Below are positions 1 to 6,404 of a stretch of DNA of 32,000 nt, one piece after another. The notes below the pieces were generated by a model. It was not told the DNA's origin. It did not search any database and saw only the letters and a program-made list of their open reading frames with translations. The DNA is from Polynucleobacter wuianus (lineage in GTDB: Bacteria > Pseudomonadota > Gammaproteobacteria > Burkholderiales > Burkholderiaceae): positions 1,541,498 through 1,573,497 of the forward strand of contig NZ_CP015922.1 in assembly GCF_001659725.1 (NCBI RefSeq), read 5' to 3'. How positions within the stretch are numbered: the stretch's first letter is position 1; each line of letters begins with the position of its first letter. The translations under genes were made by a program, and so were the position numbers.

Positions 1-1
1 G

Positions 2-850
2 GAGTATCTGCGTAGCCGAATGCAGGCGTCCATTGTTTACGACCGATTCCTGGGTGGCTACAAGTTTGAGAATTCCTCATCGATCGAGAGGATCGAGATG
101 CCTGGACTCTGGTTCTCCGAGAAGGAGGCTACGGCCTTAGTGCTAATGCAGCACTTACTCTCTTCGCTCGATCAAGGCGGCTTAATTGGACCCCATATTG
201 AACCTCTTACCGCAATTATTGATGGAATTCTGGGTCAGAGTGATGCCACAGCCAAAGAGCTGCGCAAACGCATCAAGGTCATTGGTATGGGTTCGCGCAA
301 GAACTCGATTGAGAACTTCTCTGAAATTGGTGCAGCCTTATTAAAGCGTAATCGCCTTCAGATTACATACTACTCCAAAAGTAAGGATGAGAATACGGTC
401 CGTGAAATCTCCCCGCAACGCTTAATCTATTACCGTGAGAACTGGTACCTCGATGCGAATTGCCATTTGCGCAATGATTTGCGGAGCTTTTCGGTAGATG
501 GTATTCAGAGTGCGGTACTGACCAACAAGAAAGCTCAAGAGGTTTCTGAAAAAGAATGTCAGGAGCACTTTGCGCAGAGCTATGGCATCTTCTCAGGTAA
601 GGCGACACAGAGAGCTAAGCTTCGCTTTACTCCAGAGCATGCAAGGTGGGTATCGGGCGAGCATTGGCATGGCCAACAAGTAGGCAACTTTGATAAAGAT
701 GGTTATTACAACCTGGAGTTTGATTACAACCAAGATCCTGAATTAGTCATGGATATCCTGAAACATGGATCTGGCGTTGAGGTGATTAGTCCGGCTAGTT
801 TAAAAAATAAGGTTAAGGCTGAACTTAAGAAGGCAATAGAATTATATTAA
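2..850 (+). CDS. WYL-domain transcriptional regulator (YafY/PafBC-like), 5'-truncated by the window edge
   Basis: The frame of ORF 20..850 stays open back to nt 2 (..EYLRSR-MQASIVYDRF..), which resembles the end of the N-terminal HTH of WYL regulators. WYL core PQRLIYYRENWYLDANCHLRNDLRSFSVDGI. The C-terminal ~100 aa are WCX-like (GEHWHGQQ..VEVISPASL). Confidence 0.85.
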   Translation, partial: EYLRSRMQASIVYDRFLGGYKFENSSSIERIEMPGLWFSEKEATALVLMQHLLSSLDQGGLIGPHIEPLTAIIDGILGQSDATAKELRKRIKVIGMGSRKNSIENFSEIGAALLKRNRLQITYYSKSKDENTVREISPQRLIYYRENWYLDANCHLRNDLRSFSVDGIQSAVLTNKKAQEVSEKECQEHFAQSYGIFSGKATQRAKLRFTPEHARWVSGEHWHGQQVGNFDKDGYYNLEFDYNQDPELVMDILKHGSGVEVISPASLKNKVKAELKKAIELY

Positions 851-895
851 TAGGCGGGGGGCGAACTTCGGGCATCTCAATAATTTTGAGCCGTA

Positions 896-1054
896 TTTTG
901 CTGGTGGGTAGAAGCCCTCAAAAAAAACAAAGCCCCGTGGTTAGGGGCTATTCTATCGGTCTTGGCAGAAATGAGAGATGGCAAACTCCATATGTCGCAT
1001 AACCAAGAGAATAGAGATACCAAAAAAGATATTTAAATTGGAATTTTGGGCAAC
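896..1054. repeat. Copy A of a diverged ~160-nt direct repeat; contains a minus-strand terminator-like hairpin (stem 931-936/944-949)
   Basis: ttttgctggtgggtagaagccct..aaagccccgtggttaggggct aligns by eye with 2417-2471 (ttttgatggtgggtagaggagccct..agagccccatacttaggggct). Colinear weaker matches follow: tatgtcgcataaccaagagaat vs tctatcgccaacccttccagaat, and atttaaattggaattttgggcaac vs aattaaatctgggggtatttttgggggcac. On the minus strand the hairpin AGCCCC-N7-GGGGCT is followed by TTTGTTTTTTTT. Confidence 0.6.
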
Positions 1055-1080
1055 AAAAACCCCGCCGTAGCGGGGTTTTT
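1055..1080. terminator. Bidirectional intrinsic terminator immediately 3' of the cassette
   Basis: aaaaa-CCCCGC-cgta-GCGGGG-ttttt: a 6-bp GC stem with a 4-nt loop, an A-run on one side and a T-run on the other. It lies 17 nt beyond the stop of the minus-strand gene 1097..1384. Confidence 0.8.
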
Positions 1081-1096
1081 GTGTTGATAGTAGTTT

Positions 1097-1384
1097 TTAG
1101 TGCCTGGTAGATGCAAACAGCAATCTGCTCTTAATTAAATCGTTGATAAATTTTGTGGAATCCACGATCTTCAAATGTTGCTGAATATTCTGGATTGAAG
1201 TTACCTCAAGCAGGCGTACAAAGGCTGAGTTTATAAATGCTGAAGGGGTTGCGGGGATCTCTTTAAATGAAACTACAACATCTTCTCCCGCAGCTACTTT
1301 TTCAGAAATAAGCTTAAAAATAACCTCTCCATCGGCATAACTAGATGCGGAAGGGACGAGGTCTTTAATGTGTATATTTACCAT
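1097..1384 (-). CDS. Small STAS-like protein resembling the DUF4325 family (putative kinase partner/antagonist)
   Basis: 95 aa. Pattern ..DGEVIFKLISEKVAAGEDVVVSFKEIPATPSAFINSAFVRLLE.. matches my memory of DUF4325/STAS-like proteins (a beta-strand-FxxV-..-SFxxxaF segment). Its ATG lies inside the last codons of the upstream kinase gene (caATGGTAAat, 7-nt overlap). Confidence 0.6.
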   Translation of the reverse strand: MVNIHIKDLVPSASSYADGEVIFKLISEKVAAGEDVVVSFKEIPATPSAFINSAFVRLLEVTSIQNIQQHLKIVDSTKFINDLIKSRLLFASTRH

Positions 1385-2298
1385 TGGAATTCCTCCTTTT
1401 CAAGGCTACTTTCAGTCATTTTCATTGTATCAGTGCGTAATAAAACCTGCACCATAGTGCCTGGATAATATCCCTTTGGAATGGATCGAGAGGTTATATT
1501 TGGGGCTTTTGGGCCCATGGTTGCAGATAAATAGCCCATTCCAGAGTGAATTAGCACTACACCATCATTCTTTTGGGCAACAAATTTGACAAGCATTGTA
1601 AGGCCCGCGCCGCGATTTCTTACGTTTGATTGAGTGGTAAACCCCTCCTCAACGGCCTGTTTTAGGGCATCCTTATCGGACATGCTTGGGTAGATAGTTC
1701 TTACGTTCTCAGGAATCCCATGCCCAAAATCAGCAATGGCAATGCTAATTTGATTTTTTCTTGGAAAGTGTTGGGCAAAAAAACATCCTATCTTTACCCC
1801 AGAGTGAAAGATGATGTTGTGAAAAATCTCTTCCAAATGAACCCTGATTAGATCAAGCGGATCTCCGCCTATATTCGCCCTTTCTCCAATCCATGGAATT
1901 AAGGTGTTGAGAAGATAAGACTGCTGCTTTTCCTCCGGAAGAATATGAAGTGGGATGGTAGTGTCTCTAACTTTACTGCCTTCAAAAATATTCTGTTTGA
2001 GGTAGTACTTGAAAAACCCAGCATCATCAAGAAACCTTAGGGCTCCACTACCATGCTTATGATTTTTAAAGTAAATATTCAGTCTTTGTAGCTTGAAATA
2101 CTCTATGAGATTGGAGAGAGTTACTATGCCCTCTGGTTCAATAAATTCAAGCGCAGAAAAGTCAAAATAGATCTTAGCGCCTTTTGCGTTTTTATTGCCG
2201 TCAATTAAATTTTCGATGAAATCGATCATCGTATCTTTATTGAAAGACTGTGGTAAAGCTATGTTTAGATCACCCTTACTTAATATTTTGAAAATCAT
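1378..2298 (-). CDS. STAS-like N-terminal domain fused to a GHKL/Bergerat-fold ATPase (RsbW/SpoIIAB-type serine kinase-like)
   Basis: 306 aa. The N-terminus KIYFDFSALEFIEPEGIVTLSNLIEY is STAS-like. C-terminal Bergerat boxes: N-box LEEIFHNIIFHSG, G1 IADFGHGIP, G2 NRGAGLTML. SD-like GAGG lies about 6 nt upstream of the ATG at 2298. Confidence 0.7.
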   Translation of the reverse strand: MIFKILSKGDLNIALPQSFNKDTMIDFIENLIDGNKNAKGAKIYFDFSALEFIEPEGIVTLSNLIEYFKLQRLNIYFKNHKHGSGALRFLDDAGFFKYYLKQNIFEGSKVRDTTIPLHILPEEKQQSYLLNTLIPWIGERANIGGDPLDLIRVHLEEIFHNIIFHSGVKIGCFFAQHFPRKNQISIAIADFGHGIPENVRTIYPSMSDKDALKQAVEEGFTTQSNVRNRGAGLTMLVKFVAQKNDGVVLIHSGMGYLSATMGPKAPNITSRSIPKGYYPGTMVQVLLRTDTMKMTESSLEKEEFQW

Positions 2299-2416
2299 TC
2301 GTACCTCATTAGATTTTTGTTAATTATTACATTGGCTGGGGCAAGATCTTTACTCAAGCTCTAGTATTTTTAACCGGCCCTTTAAAAAAGAGGGATCGCT
2401 GCAATTTCAGCTAATG

Positions 2417-2600
2417 TTTTGATGGTGGGTAGAGGAGCCCTAAAAACAAAGAGCCCCATACTTAGGGGCTCTGCTGCCGTATGTGGCGGAAGAGGTGTAC
2501 GTATGGTTCTTTTTCTATCGCCAACCCTTCCAGAATCTGAAGACAATTAAATCAAATTGTACGAATTAAATCTGGGGGTATTTTTGGGGGCACTCTTTGA
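2417..2600. repeat. Copy B of the diverged direct repeat; contains a minus-strand terminator-like hairpin (stem 2451-2457/2465-2471)
   Basis: See copy A. The hairpin stem sequence is conserved (GAGCCCC/GGGGCTC) while the loop differs (atactta vs gtggtta). The minus-strand reading gives the stem followed by TTTGTTTTT. Confidence 0.6.
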
Positions 2601-2650
2601 AATTCGTACCTTTTCGGTAATATGTAACCCACTGTTTTTGATCTAGAAAA

Positions 2651-2682
2651 TGGGGTTTAGTTCGATCTCCGCCGACCCACCA
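2651..2682 (+). other. tRNA/tmRNA 3'-end-like fragment (T-loop-like GTTCGAT .. CCGCCGACCC-A-CCA); not an intact RNA gene
   Basis: tggggtttaGTTCGATctccgccgacccACCA resembles the T-loop, 3' acceptor strand and CCA of a tRNA/tmRNA. No complementary 5' acceptor strand (GGGTCGG) and no 5' T-stem half occur in the preceding ~100 nt. Confidence 0.4.
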
Positions 2683-2693
2683 ATTAAAGCAAG

Positions 2694-2720
2694 CCCCTCT
2701 GAATTTTGGAGGGGTTTTGT
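2694..2720 (+). terminator. Intrinsic terminator following the tRNA-like fragment; may also serve the convergent methyltransferase gene
   Basis: CCCCTC(2694-2699)-tgaattttg-GAGGGG(2709-2714) followed by TTTTGTTT. It abuts the stop codon (2721-2723) of the minus-strand CDS. Confidence 0.65.
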
Positions 2721-3878
2721 TTATCTGCTAGCCAAGCGCCAAAGCGACGTGGTCTCTTTCGCTCTTGCAAGATGCAGCGCATCTGTTTTATCAAAAGCTT
2801 TTGGATGCTGCGGCTTGGTATCTAATCGAGCAATCACTTTCAGTCCTGCAGACTCAATCCAAGAGAGTAAATCCTCTCTAGTACGCAAACCTAAGTGCTC
2901 AGCTAAGTCCGACAAAATTAACCAGCCCTCACCCTCAGGCAACAAGTGTTCTTTTAAATTATTGAGAAAGCCTTTGAGCATCTGACTATCTGGGTCATAG
3001 ACAGCATGCTCTAAAGATGAGCTTGGTCTTGCCGGCAACCAAGGTGGGTTGCAGACAACAAGCGCAGCCCTGCCCTCCGGAAATAAATTGGCTTTCTGAA
3101 TCTGAATGTGAGACCCCAAGTTTAGTTTCTCAATATTGTCTTTTGCACAAGTAATCGCACGATCATCCTGATCAGTTCCAATAATCTTTTTGATTTCTCG
3201 CATCGCGAGCACTATAGATAGGACACCCGTACCAATGCCGATATCAAATGCTATAGAACTTTGTTTGAGCGCACCGGGAAGTGGCGCCTTCAGCACAAGC
3301 TCAATATATTCGCCACGGATAGGTGAGAACACGCCATAGTGAGGATGAATCCGAATCTCTTCGTCATCTCTTACCAAAATGGGCACACCCTTCTTACGCC
3401 ATTCATGAGCACTGATGACACCAAGTAATTCACGTAACGAGATGACATAGGATTCACTTTTTTTCCCATATGCCTCAACACAGGCCTGAGCAACATCTGG
3501 AGCGCGTCTTAGGGAAATAGTGTGATCTGCATTTACTTGGATCAGTAGCATCCCTAAAATGCGGGCGCGCTGTGACTGAGATAAACGATGCAAATTAAAA
3601 GTGTCTAAAGGAGTTTTTGTTTTCTCTTTTGCAACTCTATCGGCTCTAGTTGATTTCTTAGAAGGCTTATCCACTCTCCTCACCAATGCTTGCAGCAATT
3701 GGCGAGCGTTTTGAAAGTCACCACGATAAAGAATAGCCGCACCCTCACATGCCAAACGGTAAGCGATATCAGCTGTTAGGGTATCGTCACCAATCTGAAT
3801 TTTTTTATGCGGCGCAATTCCGTTCTCGGAATGCCATTTTGCGGTACAAGTTTGCCCGCCCTCATCCCATTCGATCAT
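2721..3878 (-). CDS. Class I SAM-dependent methyltransferase (NPPW motif) with an uncharacterised ~170-aa N-terminal region
   Basis: Motif I FDIGIGTGVLSIVLA and motif IV VVCNPPWLP, as in amino-group (N6-A/N-Gln/m2G type) methyltransferases. The start codon overlaps the pirin stop (TGATG). Confidence 0.8.
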   Translation of the reverse strand: MIEWDEGGQTCTAKWHSENGIAPHKKIQIGDDTLTADIAYRLACEGAAILYRGDFQNARQLLQALVRRVDKPSKKSTRADRVAKEKTKTPLDTFNLHRLSQSQRARILGMLLIQVNADHTISLRRAPDVAQACVEAYGKKSESYVISLRELLGVISAHEWRKKGVPILVRDDEEIRIHPHYGVFSPIRGEYIELVLKAPLPGALKQSSIAFDIGIGTGVLSIVLAMREIKKIIGTDQDDRAITCAKDNIEKLNLGSHIQIQKANLFPEGRAALVVCNPPWLPARPSSSLEHAVYDPDSQMLKGFLNNLKEHLLPEGEGWLILSDLAEHLGLRTREDLLSWIESAGLKVIARLDTKPQHPKAFDKTDALHLARAKETTSLWRLASR

Positions 3879-4735
3879 CAGGGGACCACAAAACGATTAT
3901 TTTGATAATCGTCAATTGCCTGTTCAATTTCAGCTCGGGTATTCATCACAAAGGGGCCATATTGCACAACAGGCTCTTGCAATGGCAAGGCTGCTAGTAA
4001 GATGAACTGTGCGCCTTCGGTGCCTGCTTTTGCCTTTAACAAATCACCATCACCAAGAACAATCGCAGCCTGCCGAGGTACAGCGCGCATTGGGCCACCA
4101 ATCCCTAAGTCACCTTCATAGATGTATACAAATGCATTGAGTTCTTTAGGAATGCGATGCTCAAATTCTGCATTAGCAGGTAAATGCACATCCAAAAATA
4201 ATGGGGCTGTAGTAATACCTTGAATGGGGCCTTGAATACTGCTTCCTAGATGCTCATAGGAGCCAGCAATGACCTTTACCGTTCCGCCATTAACTAAAGA
4301 CGTCTTCGGAATATCTTCAACCTGAATGTCTTTATAGCCAGCGGGCTTCATCTTCTCTTTTGCTGGTAAATTAATCCACAGTTGAAAACCGCGCATTGCA
4401 CCGCTAACCTGTTGTGGCATTTCCGAATGAATGATTCCGCGCCCTGCCGTCATCCACTGCACGCCACCAGTCTTCAGATGCCCTTGATTACCTAAATGAT
4501 CTTCATGCAACATGTGACCCTCAATCATATAAGTCACAGTCTCAAAGCCACGATGGGGATGCGCTGGAAATCCTGCAACATAATCATTTGGATCATTCGA
4601 TGAAAACTCATCGAGCATCAGGAAAGGATCTAACCTCACCTGCTGCTGACCACCTAGACTGCGGCGCAACTTGACACCCGCACCATCTGATGTCGCAATG
4701 CCAGGAATAATGGTTTGAATATTGCGAATCATCAA
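3878..4735 (-). CDS. Pirin family protein (bicupin)
   Basis: Signature metal-binding region FPAHPHRGFETVTYMIEGHMLHEDHLGN and a 285-aa two-cupin length. Confidence 0.92.
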   Translation of the reverse strand: MMIRNIQTIIPGIATSDGAGVKLRRSLGGQQQVRLDPFLMLDEFSSNDPNDYVAGFPAHPHRGFETVTYMIEGHMLHEDHLGNQGHLKTGGVQWMTAGRGIIHSEMPQQVSGAMRGFQLWINLPAKEKMKPAGYKDIQVEDIPKTSLVNGGTVKVIAGSYEHLGSSIQGPIQGITTAPLFLDVHLPANAEFEHRIPKELNAFVYIYEGDLGIGGPMRAVPRQAAIVLGDGDLLKAKAGTEGAQFILLAALPLQEPVVQYGPFVMNTRAEIEQAIDDYQNNRFVVP

Positions 4736-4752
4736 TGTGTTTTTAGATTCAA

Positions 4753-5304
4753 TTAGGCCGGAGGATGATCTTCAGGATTGACGTCCAAGGCAATTAAGAA
4801 GCGAGACACCATGTTGTATGCCGCAATTACAGTCACTAACTCAACAGTATCTGTGCTGCCTAATGCTTTTTGTAAACGCTTCATGAGCTCAGGGTCCACC
4901 TTGATATTGCGAGTCATTTGGAAAGTCAAATCTGCCGCATCATTCTCCACCTGAGAAAATAAATTCCTTGGAAAACCGGCTTGCCCAATTAAGCGCAATG
5001 CTTGAACCTGTTCCTCAGTGCCGCCCGCCTTTTTAAATGGTGGCGCATGGTGGAAGAATTCATATTCGGCACCATTTAACACGGCAACGCCGCACATCGC
5101 TAGTTCACGCAGCTTGGGGTCAAGAGAAAGATTGTTGCGAATTTCACCAACAAAGTGATTCCAACCTTCAGCAATCGGTACGCTATGCAACAACATCCGA
5201 TCTAAGTTAATAAATTGACCGCCGCGACGTTTACGAATTGCAGCCACCAGCTCAGCTGGCTCAGCCAAATCCATTGGCTGGTAAGGAATTAAACGTTCAG
5301 ACAT
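4753..5304 (-). CDS. Carboxymuconolactone decarboxylase (AhpD-like) family protein
   Basis: 183 aa, all-helical. The region ELAMCGVAVLNGAEYEFFHHAP resembles CMD-family cores. Family-level call from memory only. Confidence 0.6.
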   Translation of the reverse strand: MSERLIPYQPMDLAEPAELVAAIRKRRGGQFINLDRMLLHSVPIAEGWNHFVGEIRNNLSLDPKLRELAMCGVAVLNGAEYEFFHHAPPFKKAGGTEEQVQALRLIGQAGFPRNLFSQVENDAADLTFQMTRNIKVDPELMKRLQKALGSTDTVELVTVIAAYNMVSRFLIALDVNPEDHPPA

Positions 5305-5313
5305 AAATACTTT

Positions 5314-6315
5314 CTATTGACCTGTTTCTTTGATGTTGTTTTCGATAACAAACTTACCCCAGATACCAATCTGCTTGCCAATAAACTCACGGGCAGTTTC
5401 AGTAGAGCCGCCAACGATTTCAATTCCTTGAGATTTAAACTTCTCAGCAACTGCTGGATTTTTCAATACCTTGTTCAAAGCCTTATTCATTGCATCCACA
5501 ATCGCAGGTGGTGTCTTGCCTGGAGCCAATACTGCCCACCATGCAGGCGCGCTAAATCCTGGGAAACCGCTCTCAGAAATCGTTGGCACATTAGGCAATG
5601 AAGGGGATCTCTTGGCAGTAGTAATAACCAAAGGAATCACGCCCTTGTTATCGATATGCGGCTTTACTAAAAACTCTGAACCAACTGCAAGCTCGACTTG
5701 GCCACCCAAAACATCTTGCATTAAAGGACCACCGCCACGATAAGGAATATGGTTCCAATCAAATCCTGCTTGCTTGGCTAAGCGCGCCATAGCTAAGTGG
5801 CCTAGGCTACCAATACCAATTGAGCCATAGCTAAATTTCTTACCCGCCTTGGATTGATCTACTAGTTGTTTAAAACTCGTGATTCCTGAATTTTTACTCG
5901 CTACCAAAACCATTGGCGACGTGCCCACCAAAATAATTGGTGAAATATCTTTAATAGTGTCGTAAGGGAGTTTTTCTTTGAGACTTGGATTAACGCCATG
6001 TGTATCAAAGACCACCGCAAAGGTATAGCCATCTGGATCAGAACGAGTCATCGCAGAAGTACCAATCACTCCAGAAGCTCCGCCGATATTTTCAACAATC
6101 ACGTTTTGCTTTAACTCAGCCTGCAAAGCGGGCGCCAAAATACGAGCAACTTGGTCAACAGATCCGCCAGGTGGAAAAACCGCAATAAATCGAATCGGTT
6201 TTTGAGTAGGCCATGTGCCCGCTCCCGCCGTTTGCGCTAACGCAAGGTTACCTGCTCCTAGGGTCAATAAGGCCAGTAATAGGGCTCTTTTGGCCGTTTT
6301 TGCTAGATCTAGCAT
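5314..6315 (-). CDS. Bug-family (TctC-like) tripartite tricarboxylate transporter substrate-binding protein
   Basis: Signal peptide MLDLAKTAKRALLLALLTLGAGNLALAQ. Bug motifs PIRFIAVFPPGGSVDQVARILA, DGYTFAVV and HIPYRGGGP. Start moved to ATG 6315, which has AGGAGA 7 nt upstream; the track start at 6366 adds a non-signal extension. Confidence 0.9.
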   Translation of the reverse strand: MLDLAKTAKRALLLALLTLGAGNLALAQTAGAGTWPTQKPIRFIAVFPPGGSVDQVARILAPALQAELKQNVIVENIGGASGVIGTSAMTRSDPDGYTFAVVFDTHGVNPSLKEKLPYDTIKDISPIILVGTSPMVLVASKNSGITSFKQLVDQSKAGKKFSYGSIGIGSLGHLAMARLAKQAGFDWNHIPYRGGGPLMQDVLGGQVELAVGSEFLVKPHIDNKGVIPLVITTAKRSPSLPNVPTISESGFPGFSAPAWWAVLAPGKTPPAIVDAMNKALNKVLKNPAVAEKFKSQGIEIVGGSTETAREFIGKQIGIWGKFVIENNIKETGQ

Positions 6316-6404
6316 GGATTTGTCTCCTATAAATAAGACCTCAAGATTACCACCCCCGAGCCTCATTTGCTCGATAATGCTGGGGTAGCTTGAAGAGAGA
6401 AAAC

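Noticed and set aside
363-608. Nested or antisense tracked ORFs inside larger CDSs. This one, plus 3749..3997, 5317..5601, 5471..5743, 6000..6188, 6811..7179, 6984..7190, 9350..9598, 9842..10066, 10130..10366, 10675..10941, 11124..11318, 13048..13254, 15041..15397, 15129..15419, 16705..16890, 16858..17061, 17683..17928, 17988..18266, 18482..18730, 18768..18983, 20739..21107, 22007..22312, 22475..22819, 22975..23160, 23090..23332, 23200..23382, 23973..24173, 24228..24569, 25096..25290, 25306..25503, 26022..26222, 26349..26642, 26482..26697, 26808..27167, 27739..28248, 28743..28988, 29085..29273, 30884..31078, 31363..31743 and 31376..31600
   Set aside because: Each overlaps a longer ORF that carries clear family motifs on the same or the opposite strand. 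None has a motif I recognise, and many show the Arg/Ser/Pro-rich composition typical of off-frame translation.
898-1002. Short + strand reading frames spanning both repeat copies (A: L/VVGRSPQKKQSPVVRG..; B at 2422-2568: MVGRGALKTKSPILRG..), which look weakly similar as peptides
   Set aside because: The similarity is explained by nucleotide conservation of the hairpin and A-run. The downstream parts are unrelated in length and sequence, there is no convincing RBS, and copy A lacks an ATG. A structural RNA or terminator is the simpler explanation.
1097-2298. Classical type II toxin-antitoxin interpretation of the overlapping two-gene cassette
   Set aside because: The large protein has GHKL ATPase boxes, not a known toxin fold. 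The small partner is STAS-like with no DNA-binding antitoxin features that I can see. A kinase/partner-switch reading fits better, although a toxin-like output cannot be excluded.
2590-2682. A possible intact tRNA or short tmRNA gene ending in ..GACCCACCA
   Set aside because: No 5' acceptor strand complementary to CCGACCC, no 5' T-stem half and no D-arm-like sequence occur in the preceding ~100 nt. A tmRNA would also need about 350 nt and a G3-U70 pair. It is kept only as a 3'-end-like fragment.
2650-2985. Tracked + strand ORF of 111 aa
   Set aside because: It starts inside the tRNA-like fragment and terminator and runs antisense to the well-supported methyltransferase CDS. Its composition (Ser/Cys/Lys-rich) looks like antisense noise.
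2721-3878. The NPPW methyltransferase as part of a restriction-modification or other DNA-modification defence system next to the island
   Set aside because: No endonuclease, specificity subunit or helicase is adjacent. The gene is translationally coupled (TGATG) to a pirin within a backbone-looking operon on the far side of the putative island boundary.
5314-6366. N-terminal extensions given by the ORF track for several genes: 5314..6366, 6390.., 11164.., 11688.., 12780..13187, 14308.. and 17498..18475
   Set aside because: Internal ATGs have better Shine-Dalgarno sequences. They also give canonical signal peptides or family-typical N-termini and avoid long overlaps with neighbouring genes. 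The shorter starts are used in the feature table, and crcB remains ambiguous.
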